From NCBI RefSeq assembly GCF_036321535.1, contig NC_087436.1, positions 24,864,001 to 24,928,000 on the forward strand: 64,000 nucleotides of DNA. Direction: 5' to 3'. The stretch comes from Camelus dromedarius. Its lineage: Eukaryota. Made by a program: the position numbers and the translations under genes. Numbering within the stretch: the stretch's first letter is position 1; the number at the start of each line of letters is the position of its first letter. Positions 1-12,288 of the stretch are shown here, in pieces. Below the pieces are notes generated by a model. It did not search any database. It was not told the DNA's origin and was given only the letters and a program-made list of their open reading frames with translations.

Positions 1-643
1 TAAAACTGGAAAAGTTTCATGTGCCTTTGCAGGAAATATATTGAATCTGATTAAGTTTTCCCATTACTTGGGTTCCCATCTGTTAATCTGTCATCTGCTA
101 ACAAGAATATGGCAGTAAGTCTTCTATCATCAATTTATTAGTCAATTTTTCTATATGCAAAGTGGGTACAGTTCTGTCAGCCTTCAGCTTTCATAGAGTA
201 TATATACCTCATTCATAAAGGTACAAAGAAATATTCATCATCAGGCAATGGTTAAAAAATCTTTGGAAATAGAACTTTACAAATGCAAAGTTAGCAGTAT
301 ACGTTTCATGGCTAAAAACCAAAGTAGCACTAGATCCTTCCATTTCTAGAATTCCATAATTTTGTTTTTATGATATCTGCAAAGTGGGACAAATGTAGAA
401 TTATTGTCTTTTTAATATTTACTAAGAAGAATCCTTCAAAAAGAAGTCTACCATGTTCAGCATAAATGGAATATCAAAGGCTTTTGTTAAAATGAAATGA
501 AGGATTTAGCGATATAAATATTTCTTGAATAATTAGCTTTGGAATAAAAGACCAAGAGAAATAACAACAAATAAATTCTTCAATTGTGCTTTTCTTCAAG
601 ACACTATTGGTTTTTGTGAGTTCTTTCTCTGTCTGCTTGCAAG

Positions 644-846
644 TTTATTTATTTATTTTTTCTTTCTCCATTATAAAAAATTGAAGTATAGTTGATTTAC
701 AGTGTTTGTTAGTTACAGGTGTACCACACAGTGATTCAGTTGTACATGTTGTTTTTCATTACAGGTTACTATTAGCCATTGAATGTAGTTCCCTGTGTTA
801 TACAGTAGGACCTTGTTTATCTGTCCTGTACTTAGTAGTTTGCATG
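644..846 (-). mobile_element. L1 3'-end fragment (5'-truncated)
   Basis: T-rich tail, then 'ttgaagtatagttgatttac...tagttccctgtgttatacagtaggaccttg', the reverse complement of the L1 3'UTR end that recurs across the window. Confidence 0.8.
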
Positions 847-1046
847 CGCGTTTATATATATGTATATCTATGTTTGTGTGTGTATGATATTATTACAACT
901 GGAAGAACTGTGTGGATCATCTACTACCACTCTGATAACTTAGAGAAACCTCTATCTAATAGAATTCATGCCTTGAGTTCCTGGCACAGTAGGACGAAAA
1001 TACACATCTCCTAACTGCAAATCTAGTAACATTTCCTCTCTGCTTG

Positions 1047-1102
1047 TTTCTGTATTTCTTCTTTTTTTTCCTTTTCTTTTTTCTTTCTTTTTTTTTTTTT
1101 TT
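1047..1102. repeat. Pyrimidine/poly-T low-complexity tract
   Basis: Run of T/C ending in a long T homopolymer. Confidence 0.85.
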
Positions 1103-1609
1103 ACAATGGAGAGGTAGAGAAAAAAATACCTGGAAAGATTTTTTATTATCTGACATCACAACTCATTTTTTCCTATTGAAATGATTTTTTTCTATGTAAG
1201 CAATAGGTTATTTGGTAGTTGGGCATGGTTATCTAAGGCCATGGGTTCATTGTATCATGTATTCAGTGTTGAATTACAAAACCATTTTATTTTATATGTT
1301 AGTATCCACATCATATTTGTTAATCTGTCATTTTACAATAGTCATTAAAAATAGAGGGAACAGTTTCTTATAGTTTCTGGTACTTTTTACCAAAATAATT
1401 TTCCCAATGGACACATCATTTATCAAGCATTCCATCTGTCCTGCACCTTCTACCCCTAACAAAATGCAATCACTCAAAAAAACAGTTACAAACTACATTT
1501 ATCTGCTAATCATTCTTCAGCACTCAGGTCAATAGTCTTAATGAAGTGCAGTCTCTTTTCTACCAAAAAAAAAGTCTTGTGTTGCATGAAGTACAGTTTT
1601 ACAGAATAG

Positions 1610-2075
1610 TGTCTTTGGTAGATAAAAATGGCCACAAATACTTTACAATTTCTTCTATCAAGAGGTGGAGCAATTTCCCTGCTGCTCATTATGTCTGAGC
1701 TATCTTTTCCCCACTGCTTGTGTCTGGGGTATCTTGAGACTCACTTTGATCAATACATTATGGCAAAAGTGACATTATGTGAGATCTGAGCCAAGACCTT
1801 AGAAGACTTGGAAGCTTTTGTTTTAGTTCTCTTAGAACCCTGCCTCCTGGAGGGTGAGAGAGACCCAGATACCCCGCTTATCTCAGCCATTCCAGTTGTG
1901 CCAGCTAAGATCCCAGACATGTAGTGAGCCCAGGTGACACCACATGGAGCAGAGATGAAACTGTTCCAGGTGAATCCCTTCCAAATTGCTGATCCACAGA
2001 ATCACAAGCAAATTTTTACTTAAAGCCACTAAGTTTGGTGGTAGTTTCTTATACAATAAGAGGCAAGTAGATCCT
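1610..2075 (+). mobile_element. MaLR solo LTR (MLT1F/G/H-like)
   Basis: 'aaaatggccacaaatacttt...tcaagaggtggag' near the start; 'ccaaattgctgatccacagaatc...aagccactaagtttggtggtagtttctt' at the end. Confidence 0.75.
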
Positions 2076-3261
2076 GTACAGAAGAATTGTCCCTTCACCT
2101 CTGCCTTCCTTTTAATCAGCTGTTCTGATGATGTCAATTTTCCTCCTCTGGGTCCTTTAAAAATCTTTCATTCATTATAACATACTCTATGCAATCCATT
2201 TGCTATTAACTATTTATATGGACACAGACTTTTAAAAAAATCTTAGTTTATTTAATTCTCCTAGAACTCTTATGAAATAAATAGATCACTGTGATATTCC
2301 ATTTTAAGAATGTGAAGCAATGCTTTACATTATATTATAATACCTTTTTCTTTTTTTTTCCATAGAGGCTTACTTTGCTTGGTAGACATGACCTGACTGT
2401 TCCTTTAATTATGCAATCGGATAGGTGAGCAAACTTAATACCTTCATGGAATTTCTGTCATTGCTGAGACCTTGCTAGTGTTCCTCTCTTTTGCTGAATT
2501 ATTAGATATAATATAATAGGTAATCGTATGGGAAATAATCACAAAGCCCTAAAAGAATGCTTTACTTTGTACAGAACCAAAGGATAGGCACAATTACAGA
2601 TTTTCAAGTTTATTTGTGGAAGATTTTAAAAAAATTACCTTATTTGTATTCCATTCCTAACATTTTTTCTCCATAAATTCTTGTACTTTAGGACTTAAAG
2701 TTATCTGCTTTGGCTTTTTTTTTAATGGATTGTATGAATTGGTTAACTGCTAAACTTTATTTTATCTTAGAAAGTTTATTAACAAGCATGTTTTGTTTCT
2801 TGATATTTGGAGACCTGCTTCATGTTTCAACAACATGTCTAGTTGTAGAACATACTGTTTTCCCATTCCTAAGCTAACATAGAGACATGCCCTGAAATTT
2901 GTGACCTAGGAACATGTTAATTTATGATTGAAATCTCAGTCCTGAGGTCTGTGAAACTACCAAAATAGTATAAAATTTGTGTGGCTATGCCCTTTTTCTT
3001 GGAATAGCATAGCTTTCATCTGTTTTTCAACCAACTTGTTGCTCCTCAATTTTTGAACCAGTATCTTAGGAGCTCAGATTTTATGACAGTTCTCTATTTC
3101 TGCTTCAGTTCCACCAAGAATGTTGATCCCATAGCCTGACTCACATAATACAAATAAGTAATTTCCTTCAAAAGAGCAGTCCATTCAAGGGCACATAATC
3201 ATCAACAGTTGCTGTTAGGAAATGAACAGTGAAATTATATCAGGGAGGAAATTCTTCTATA

Positions 3262-3857
3262 TGGTATTAGTCAATTTGAGCTGCTATAACAGAACACCAT
3301 AGATTGAGTCACTTAAATGGCAAGCATTTACTTCTCTGGAGTCCGAGAGTTCTGGAGTTCTGGAATCTGGAAGTCTAAGGTTAGGTTGTGTTCTTGGTGA
3401 AGGCCTTCTTCCTGTTTTGTTTTATTTTTTCCTCATTGTTAATACAGTCAGTTTTTTTTTTTTTCAATTGAAGTATAGTCGATTTACAATATTGGGTTAG
3501 TTTCTGGGGTATAGCATAGTGATTCAGTTATTTTCACTGAAAATATTTTTCATTATAGGCTCTTACAAAGTACTGAGTATAGTTCCTTGTGCTGGACAGT
3601 TGGACCTTGTTGTTTATCTATTTTATATGCCGCAGTATGTATCTGCAAGTCCTGAATTCCCAGTCCTCTTCCTGGTTTGTATCTTCACGTGGAAGAGAGG
3701 AAGAGAGCTAGTTCACTTCCTCTTATAAGGGTAGTGGTCCCATCATGGAGAATATACTCTCATGACCTAATTACCTCCCAAAGGCCCTGCCTCCAAATAC
3801 CACCACATTCAGCCTTCAACATACGAATCTGGGGGGACACAAACATTGCCTAAAGCA
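3262..3857 (-). mobile_element. MaLR solo LTR (MLT1A-like) interrupted by an L1 3' end
   Basis: 'gtattagtcaatttgagctgctataacagaacaccatagattg' and 'ctcatgacctaattacctcccaaaggccc...ggggggacacaaacatt'. Confidence 0.8.
3421..3666 (-). mobile_element. Short L1 3'-end insertion with 14-bp TSD
   Basis: TSD tcttcctgttttgt (3407-3420) / tcttcctggtttgt (3667-3680); poly-T followed by the L1 3'UTR reverse complement. Confidence 0.85.
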
Positions 3858-5709
3858 GATATTAAGTCATATTATATTTCATTAGAATTGCAAGGTATAG
3901 GAAAATCAGAATTACTTGGACCTCTCACCAGACAAATGAGTAGGAACTCTGAGGAGCAATGCTTAGGAATCTATACTGAGACAAATTTCTTTGATGATTT
4001 TAACAGACACTGAAATTTAAGAACCATCAATAGACAGTATATTGGAAAGCTACAATCTGTTTTTCTCTTTACATGAAAAATGAAATCAAATACGCAAAGA
4101 ATATAGGACTATTTCAAAATACAGTGGGAGTTATAATCAGCTAGTCATGTGATCAACCAAATGTAATTAATTTCATGCTGGATTTGGTCATGGTCTTTTT
4201 TTTTAAGTGATGTTGTGCACGCACAGTAAAGGGAAAACTGACATCCTTTTGTTGAGACTGTTTATGAGATGCTATCTTTTGAGAGAACATTTAGATGGCA
4301 CTGTGTCTGTCTGGTGGGAAAAGGTTTTCAGCTCTTGTCTGTTGATCTTGAGGTTTTGTTGCACTAGGGAATGAAATACTCAGTGTGTTATATCCACAGA
4401 AGCAGAAAGTGCTTTCTTTCCCTAGCTCCTTCTTCCTAAGATGTCATATCTTGAAGAAAAACAAAACAGAAAAGGAACAAATTTATTCTCAGGGAGCTTG
4501 GAGGAGCATGAATTATTTATTCTCAGAAACCCTCTACTATCTTTGCATGAAAGAGAGCCCTATTATTAAAAGTGAATGTTTCTTTTTCTGCATGTCAATA
4601 ACAGGGAGATCAGAATGGACTGGCTGTTAGATAGCTCCCTCCTTGGAGACTCAGCTCCCCAAGGCAGCCTCTGCAGCAGCCAAGTTATTTTTAAGACAAT
4701 AAAATCATTGGAACTGATATATTAACACCCAAAATTGATGTGACAGAGGTCTGCCACTGAGGCAGTCTAAAAGGAAGAAAAGGCCATTAAAATGATCCCA
4801 AATACCTTTTAATTATGAATTAACACATTTGCATAAATCACAGCGCAGAGAATTGCTGGGTGCATTTGTGGAGGGTGTGTTTAAATTGCCTAGGTTTATG
4901 AGGTTCCTTATTTTCTTTCAGCTAGGTCGAGCAGTAAATTCTCTGCTTCCTTCATCGTAGAGCACAGGAAGTCAATTCTTGCCTGGGGAAAAATTTAAAT
5001 TTTCCCTTGATACCAGTAATCTCGTTTTCTTTCCCGGCAGTTGTGCAAATGAGAACAATTGTTTTGTCTTTTCCAGTTCATACTGGGCTTCTCTAGAGGT
5101 AGAAAAACATGGAGCTTCCTTGATACAATAAATTTTGGTGAGGAAGAGGCAGCTGGGCACTTCAGTCCAGGAGGGATAGAAAATAAAAGGAGAATTACAA
5201 ATTGGGCTTGTCATTTGCTGGGCAGTGGCTCTGGGAGTCCCAGCCTCTGGTGGCCTACCTAGAAACCTGATTCTTTTTGCTCTAGGAAAAGTGGTAAGAT
5301 ACAGACTGTAGGCATTTTATTTTCTTCCTGGAAATAAAACACCAGGTGTTTGGAATCAGTTCTTCTTGTCTTTTCCATAGTTCAGGGAGACCCCGGTAAT
5401 TGAATCATTGTTACAGAGCCCTTTGTGTGTTCAGCGTATGCCTACCATCCTACCAGAGAAAAGGCAATGTTTGTTGACTTACCTTTGTTAAAATAAGTAA
5501 CCTTTTAAAGAAAAATGTCAAGGCTGGTGGAGGGCAAAATTCTAAAGAAAATAGTTGATCTGTGGTGTCCCAGCCACCCACCCCCATCTTAGACACTTCC
5601 ACTTCAGTGAGTGCTCACAGCCTTTATGCCACGGACAACCTTTCCCACTCATATTTCCATACTTCTTTCCTTTCTGCCTTCCTGTCTTTTTCTTATTATT
5701 ATCTAAGAG

Positions 5710-6090
5710 CTTGATATATTTCTATGAAGCCAAAGATTAGACACAACCCAAAGGCCCATCAGTAGAGAGGGCTGGCAATGTACAGTGTGGCATATTCATT
5801 TAATGAAATACATGGAGCTGTAATAAAGAATGGAGGCACTCCATGTACTGATAAGAGCTGATCTCTAAGGTTCATTCTTAAATGAAAAATGAAAGGCATA
5901 GGACAGTGCGTACATCGTATCTTTTGTGCAAAAATGTGGTGGTAGAATAAGACTCTGTATCTTTATTTACTTGTATATGCTTAAAAAAAAACCCATCTAG
6001 AATGAGACATTAAAAAAAAAAAAAACCCATAATAACAGTGGCTAATGTGAGGTGGGAGGTGGTTAGCTTGGGAGAGAGATTTCAATGCAT
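5710..6090 (+). mobile_element. Ancient L1ME/L1MC 3' fragment
   Basis: 'acaacccaaaggcccatcagtag...gctgtaataaagaatggag...aataacagtggct' resembles an old L1 3'UTR. Confidence 0.6.
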
Positions 6091-6349
6091 CCTTTTGGGT
6101 TAACATTTATTTATTTATTTATTTTTACATTTAAAATAAGCTTTTCATTGAAGTGCAACATACATTCAGAAAATTACAAAGAGCTCTGTTCTGCCACTCA
6201 AAGGGCTCATCTGTGCACCGTATCTAGAAAGAGAACATAACACCATCTCAGCAGCCCCCCTGCTGCCAAGAATCTCATTTGCCCCAGGTGCCCTCCAGTC
6301 ATTACCTGTTCCTATTATCATGGCTTCTTACTCTGGTTAAAAATTAATC

Positions 6350-6763
6350 TGTAAAAAAAGTGAAATCATGATTCTCATTCGAATATAAAATGTGTATGGG
6401 TCAACAATTATTGTTTAACTCATTAATTAATGAGGACACTGGTAAAATATCAAAAAACAGTTCAAAGAGAATCCAGAGAATAGACACATGTATGAACAAT
6501 TTGGACCGTTGAAATGAATTAGCTACTAGATGCAAAATTAGGCAATATCCACAGGGCAGTAGTCAATTCCTCTTCACCTGACAAAATTCAATTGTGTATA
6601 GACAAGAATAATTTGCATTACTATCCATTTTCTGCAAAAACTTGTAGAGCTATAAAGTAGCTCAAAGACAAGGAAAGGAATCGGCCCCTGTGGAATCAGA
6701 TAACCCAGCAGGCAGGGTACCTGGGGCTATGCCCGTTATTTCATTGCAAAGATACCGAGTAAC
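6350..6763 (+). mobile_element. Ancient ERV1-class solo LTR (LTR37-like)
   Basis: TGTAAAAA start and 'tcatgattctc...aactcattaattaatgagg...cagttcaaagagaat', recalled as LTR37-like; interrupts the L1ME fragment; orientation uncertain. Confidence 0.5.
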
Positions 6764-7032
6764 TTTTTTTTTTTGCCCATTTTGAAGTCTTTCACTATTT
6801 TTTCCAATACATCACACATGAATTTTGTCTGGTTTTGAACATTGTGTAAAGAGACTCACACGTAAAATTCTGGCTCCTTTCGCTCAGTCTTGTGTTTATT
6901 ACATTTGTTTGTTTCATTGAGTGCAGTTTTTGTAAATTCATTTGCATTGTGTGAATATGCCACAATTTATTTATTAACTCTATTGTTCATGGACACTTAG
7001 ATTGTGTCTTGTTTTGAGCTGAGAAACTAAAC

Positions 7033-7256
7033 CTGGAGTTGGTAAACATTTTTCTGTAAAGAGATAGATAATAAATATGTTTGGCTTTGTAGGCCTTTCA
7101 GTTTTAGTTTCAAGCTGTCAATTCTGCTGTTGTTGTAGGAAAGCAGTCATGTCAATACATAAATAAACAGATGGGGCTGTGTTTCAGTACATCTTTATTT
7201 ACAAAAACAGATAGAGGGCTGAATTAGGCAAACAGGCTGTAGTTGGCTGACCGCTA
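7033..7256. mobile_element. MER58A-like hAT-Charlie MITE
   Basis: 'gttggtaaacatttttctgtaaagagatagataataaatatg...ctttatttacaaaaacag...ggctgtagttggctgacc'. Confidence 0.8.
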
Positions 7257-7318
7257 CACCTAACCTTCCTAAAATTTACTGCCTGTTTTAATATAATTTT
7301 ACCATTTTAGGAAACATT

Positions 7319-7710
7319 TGACCAAGAAGGTACCAGTTAACAAATAACTTTATTGTTTAAAGACCTTACCAAGAATTCTATTTGAACAAAAGTCAGACTG
7401 TTCAACCTTTCAATAAATAGCACCAAACACTTTCCAAGACACTTGGGAAGTCTCACCTTAAAATACTTACCTTCCTGTGTCAATGGTTATATATCTGGAT
7501 ACTTAACAAAATCCCAATCAAGCTTCCCATATTGAAAGACCCATCGTAAACCAAACCTAAACATCATAAATATCCCCTCCTCCTGGTAAGATCCCTCCTC
7601 CTGCTAATACTGGCTAGATAATGCTCTCCTTTACTGTGGTAAGCAATAAACTCAGCTCTGAATTATTAACAGATTGTGTGGATATACTGTGGGGGAGCCA
7701 ACATTTGACA
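7319..7710 (+). mobile_element. ERV1-class solo LTR (MER90/MER110-like)
   Basis: CCAATC, TATA-like 'cataaata', 'gtaagcAATAAActcagc', ends 'tttgaCA'. Confidence 0.6.
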
Positions 7711-8279
7711 GAGCTCTCCCGACTAGTGCTGTGATGGGCATTCTCATGGGTGTCTTTTGGTAACATCTGTGTATGTTCCTGCTGGGAAAGTATCTGTGGG
7801 AGAAATTGTTGGTCACAGGGTATATGGATGTTCAGTTTAGGAGATACTACTATCCAGTTTTCTAAAACAGTCGCTTTCAGACTTTTTGACTTTTGATGGC
7901 ATCATCTGTTTAAAAACTAAGTTACAATGCAAAGAACAAGGATATAAAAAAAAGCAGAGTCAAAAAAGTCAAAATGTGATTCTCTAGCAATCAATCAAGG
8001 AAAAACTATATTTTATGGACAAAAATATCCTGGTTTTTAGAAAGATGTATGTTAGGTGGAAGCAAATCTAATTCTTTGAAGTCTTTTGCAGCTAGGACCA
8101 AATATACCACAAGAGTGTTTGAGTCTTTCTGCTCTAATTCCATGTTCATTAAGCACACTTTCAATTATGAATTCAGTTTCCCGAGATACCTTACATGCCA
8201 GACACCCCTTATACTTTGCCTCACATCCTTTTGGACTCACTTCTGATTTCAACTACAGCTAGAGGGACTAGTTGTGATC

Positions 8280-8470
8280 TGTGCAGGTTTTGACTAATAT
8301 TGTGCTGATGATATCATGCCCCAAGCGTGCCTTGCATGACTTCTGCTTTTGGCCTTAGGGCTTCTTCAGTGACACAGCATGGGACACAGAAGGGAGTCCT
8401 GAAGTGGGGATGCTGGAGAGTTAGCATTTCTCAGGACAGTCCTCAACCACTGATGGATAAACACTTCTCC
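8280..8470 (+). mobile_element. ERVL LTR fragment (LTR16-like)
   Basis: 'gagagttagcatttctcaggacagtcctcaaccactgatgga' resembles an LTR16-type motif. Confidence 0.5.
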
Positions 8471-8474
8471 AAGT

Positions 8475-9834
8475 TATGGGTCAATGCCTGAGCCAATTCT
8501 AGCCCTTGAGCTCATTCCAAGAGGCTCTTACACACATAAAAGTTGAGTTCTTTTACCATTTAACCCAAGCACAAATGTGATGTCTGTGATCCATACTCAG
8601 TGGCACACATTTATATTCTGGAAAAATGTAGTAAATTTGGTGTGAAGTTTGGAGCCTTATCGCTGGGCCAGAGAGGAGAACTGACTCCGTAAATCCCTCT
8701 GAGAATCTCATTTCTGAATAGTGGCTGCAAAGCCTGTCTAGATTTTGGGAGGTCCTATAGGAGATGCTGCAGTTCCAAGCCCACGTATTATCCCTGTACA
8801 TCAGCTCCTGGCCAGCAGTCATGAAAAATGCCCACACTGTATGCTAGTGCAGTAACTCAGATGCTCTGCTTTCTACTTGCAGGGCAACCAGGCTGTTGAC
8901 CTCCATGTGACTCCATCCTACACCAGTTATTTCCCAAACCTTCACATAAAGCAAGCTCCTCATACAATTATAGTTTTAACTTCCACAGTGGCCCCATACT
9001 ATTTATGAACAATTTGCACCATGATAGCTGACCTGGCCTTAAAAGACTTCCTCCGCTGCCCTCTCTGTGACAAAACAAGGACACTGTGGAGCCACAGCTT
9101 GGAGGCACTGCATGGGAGGAAAGGGATTCAGATATCCAGATGGAAGACTGAGTTTGTCTGTTCTTATGCCATAGACATGCTCTTTGAGCATAAAGTCCGG
9201 AAAGTTCCTGGACCCCTTGCAAATGTTTCAGGTCATAAATGGGGAGACACCCCTTCTCTTGCTTCCTTCTTCCAGGTGTGTATTGGAGACCCTGTCTGGA
9301 CCCTGCCTTATACCCCATATACAGCATGACCTCCTCAAAGGTTACAAAGTGCAGGATCTGGTGGACTAGGAGGTCTGTGTACTGTATACTGTGCCTCTAA
9401 GCCCACGTTTCACCTTCAGCATGTGACTACTAGAAGCCTTTCACTAGTCACATCCAGGGAATCTCTGGTCCCCTCCTATTAGAAGGCCCAGATTCTATCT
9501 GTCATATTCTTTGTACCTCTTCTTTGTAGTTCTGTGAGTTTTTTCTTTCTCTTTAAAATATCTCCTTTTCTGTTTCTCTCTCTTATTTTTCTCCCTGGGT
9601 TGGCAGTTACAACTTTGGGCTTTTATTGAATAGAGTTCTATGTTTCAGATGCTTAATTTAAATATAATGGGGGCAACATTGATTCCAATACATCTTGTGG
9701 AATTTTTTTTCCATAGTGAGCAAGTGTATGCTGATAAAGCTCTATGATCTTAGGTGAAAGTATTTTTGTCCTGGATCTGGGAGCAATCCTATTCAATAGT
9801 TGGGTTCTGATCCCATCACTGTGACTCCTATTAC
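8475..9834 (-). mobile_element. Probable ancient Gypsy-type retrotransposon internal region (degenerate PBS and decayed gag)
   Basis: Minus strand: ...ATTACA, then TAGGAGTCACAGTGATGGGATCAGAACCCA (PBS-like, 9830-9801); downstream frameshifted peptides PETF, ESVL..AIRLQT, FVLGLNGK and LELAQAL in capsid-like order. Confidence 0.45.
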
Positions 9835-9889
9835 TGTAATGTTGCTTTTCTTAGTGTGACAGATGTGAACTGTTCTGTTACATTGGGGT

Positions 9890-10321
9890 TGTATCAGTCA
9901 GAGTCACAGCAGGAAACAGAAGACATACTTGAAAGAGGTTAATTCAATGAGAGTTTATTCTCAAAGGCTCTATTTTAAAAGGCATGGAATAGGGGAACCA
10001 CAGGGAATGGTATAGTAACTTGGCATGACAGAAGTGGAAATGTTACCACCCTCGGGCATGCAGAACTTAGAGGGAGTGGTGTAGCTTTAGCCTCCTGGGG
10101 AAGAGCAGTAACTTTACAGGGGTATACCCAGCTTGAATTGACCTTGCAGGGAGGGAGTCTCTATTCTTCTTCACAGAACCACCTGGGCTTCCCATTCACT
10201 GAGCTCAACTGGAAAGCAGAGGATTTTGATGTCAGCCACAAGTCAGCTGCCTGGGAGCAGAGACCAAGTGGAGGAGAGAGTAGAGTGGCTTTGGAGGGGC
10301 AAATGGGAGATATCTGGCACA
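9890..10321 (-). mobile_element. ERVL solo LTR (LTR33-like)
   Basis: TG...CA termini; minus strand starts 'tgtgccagatatctcccatttgcccctccaaagccactctactctctcc'. Confidence 0.75.
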
Positions 10322-10738
10322 AAAATACAGGTTATGTGAATCTGTATTCATCTAAGTCATGATTAAATATCACTTAAGCCTCACCACTGTGGGTGGGGAA
10401 CCCAATATTATTAGTTATTAGTCAACCTTTATTTTGGGTTACATATAGAGCAACTTCTGCTGTCCTCACAAGATGTCTTCTGGCCATCCCTGCTGGCTGC
10501 ACATAATGCCCTGTGGAAGGCTGGTCCTTCATTGCCTCTCTGGAATTGCTGCTCAGGGCAACTCAGCTTCAATGTCTGCTGAGTGTTCCTTTTCAGTTCA
10601 CAGGTCCTCCTCTTGGAAACCATGAGCCTTCTTCCATTTCCCACTCCTCATGGTGGTCCCTTCACCCACACTTGAAACACAGGGTCTCCTTCATTTCCCT
10701 CTTTTGACAACCTGGGTAAATCTCTTGTGGACTTAGAT

Positions 10739-11620
10739 CAGCATCATAACACTCACATCCCTATAGGGACCAGATGGGTATCAGACGAATACTGAGGGGG
10801 TAAAAGTATAAGGTGGAGCTCTTAGTCCAAGAAATGTTTCACATTCTTTTTACTCTAAAGTCAGGCAAATGACAGGGCAAGCATGATGCTAAATGACAGC
10901 TGAAGCTCCAATTCAAGAAATAGTGGGGCACTAGCTTCTCTGCTTTAGCTGTTTGCTGCCATTTGGGAATGTAGGTTATTTTAAGACACTGGTAATTCAG
11001 ATTTTCATGTAAAACCTCTCAATTTTTAAATTCTGACAGTGGGGAGCTATGGCATAGTATGAAGACAAATACTACAGTCTCACATGGGGAAGATAAAGAA
11101 ATAAAAAAAATTGGGGGTAGGATTTACAGAGCTGAGGGTCAAGGAGAGGAGGCACGTAGTGCCCTGTCCTTTCAACACCCCATAGTGGAACTGGCTGAGT
11201 CAGGTGAAGCTTCTGGATGTGCAACTTCCTTTGGAAGAACTGTACACACCTGCTACTTTACTTCTAATCATGCAAGTGTGAAAAACTATCTGGGAGCAGG
11301 GAATAGAGTTTCGAGTGTAGGCACCAAGCAGTATGTAGTAAAGACCAGCTATGCAGGGAGTTATTTGGAAATGCTAGCTGTTACCTTTAAAAGCCGTAGA
11401 AGTTGGATTTGCCCTTCTGAGAGAAGGAAGCGCTGGTCCCATGTAAAGTTGGGCTCACCAGATGCTGGTTAGCTCTTTGCTAAGAACTTGAGCTCCGTTG
11501 GATAATCCTGTTTGTTTCTCTTCACTTCAGGTAATTCACAAATTTCAAAACACTGAATGCATATCCAACAAAGAGAACAAAACAAAACATGTCTTTGGGT
11601 TACCAGTTTGAGAACTCTTG
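10739..11620 (+). mobile_element. MER102-like hAT element split by a ~490-bp insertion
   Basis: 'ctgccatttgggaatgtagg...cagattttcatgtaaaacctctcaatttttaaa' up to 11039; resumes about 11530 with 'aattcacaaatttcaaaacactg...ccagtttgagaactcttg'. Confidence 0.6.
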
Positions 11621-11899
11621 AGCAGACTTTGGAAACCAAAATGCCTACTTAAGGGATTTTCTGCAAAGGTAAAGAGCCCCCTTATATCTCCTTTCAACCC
11701 TCACACTGAAAAGGCATTCTCCTTTCCCCTGAGGTCAGGAAAACCCAATTATTAGAAATAAAAATTAAATGATTGAATATTTTTCTGGGGGAAGAAGGGA
11801 TACATTTCACTTAGTTCTGATTAATCAGCAGATAAAAGCAAAACACAGGTAATCTTTCAATACCCTGTTATAATCAATTCTTAATGAATGACTTTTCTA

Positions 11900-12288
11900 T
11901 TCTAGTAGAGTCAAACAGTAATCAGTATTGAGGCTGCAAAGAACAGAGAGCTTTATTTGGGGTCTTAAGGATTGCAATTTAGGAGGCATAGATTTGGGTA
12001 AAACCAAAAGAGCAGGACTTGTAAAGACAAAAGTCACAGGTTGTTAAAGTTGCCTGCTGAGAAATGTGATTGACTCTGACACAAGTTGGGAAATATTTGT
12101 CTTTAAGAAATCACAAGTTATTTTAGGGTAAGTGTCAGATAAGTAGCTCGAGTATGACACTAAGTGGTCAAAAGGTCAGATTCCATTCAGGCTGAGACCT
12201 GCACAAGTCACACTTCCTCAGTGGCCTCCTTGCTCCATTTTAGAGAGCTCTCTGAGCAATACCAACTCCATTTTGATTTCCCTTTCAC
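11900..12288 (-). mobile_element. ERV1-class solo LTR
   Basis: Minus strand begins TGTGAAAGGGAAATCAAAATGGAGT; AATAAA near its 3' end (forward 'ctttatt' at about 11952). Confidence 0.6.

Larger units (their letters stand above)
6110..7870 (-). mobile_element. Fragmented ancient L1ME 3' end, split by later insertions
   Basis: Colinear pieces at about 6110-6345, 6770-7020 ('atgccacaatttatttattaactctattgttcatggacacttagattg') and 7715-7870. Confidence 0.55.

Noticed and set aside
3335..3376. Short ctggagtt-like tandem array
   Set aside because: Local slippage inside the MLT1A LTR, with no spacers and not CRISPR-like.
6419..6434. Perfect 16-bp palindrome CTCATTAATTAATGAG
   Set aside because: It is an internal part of the LTR37-like repeat as I recall that consensus.
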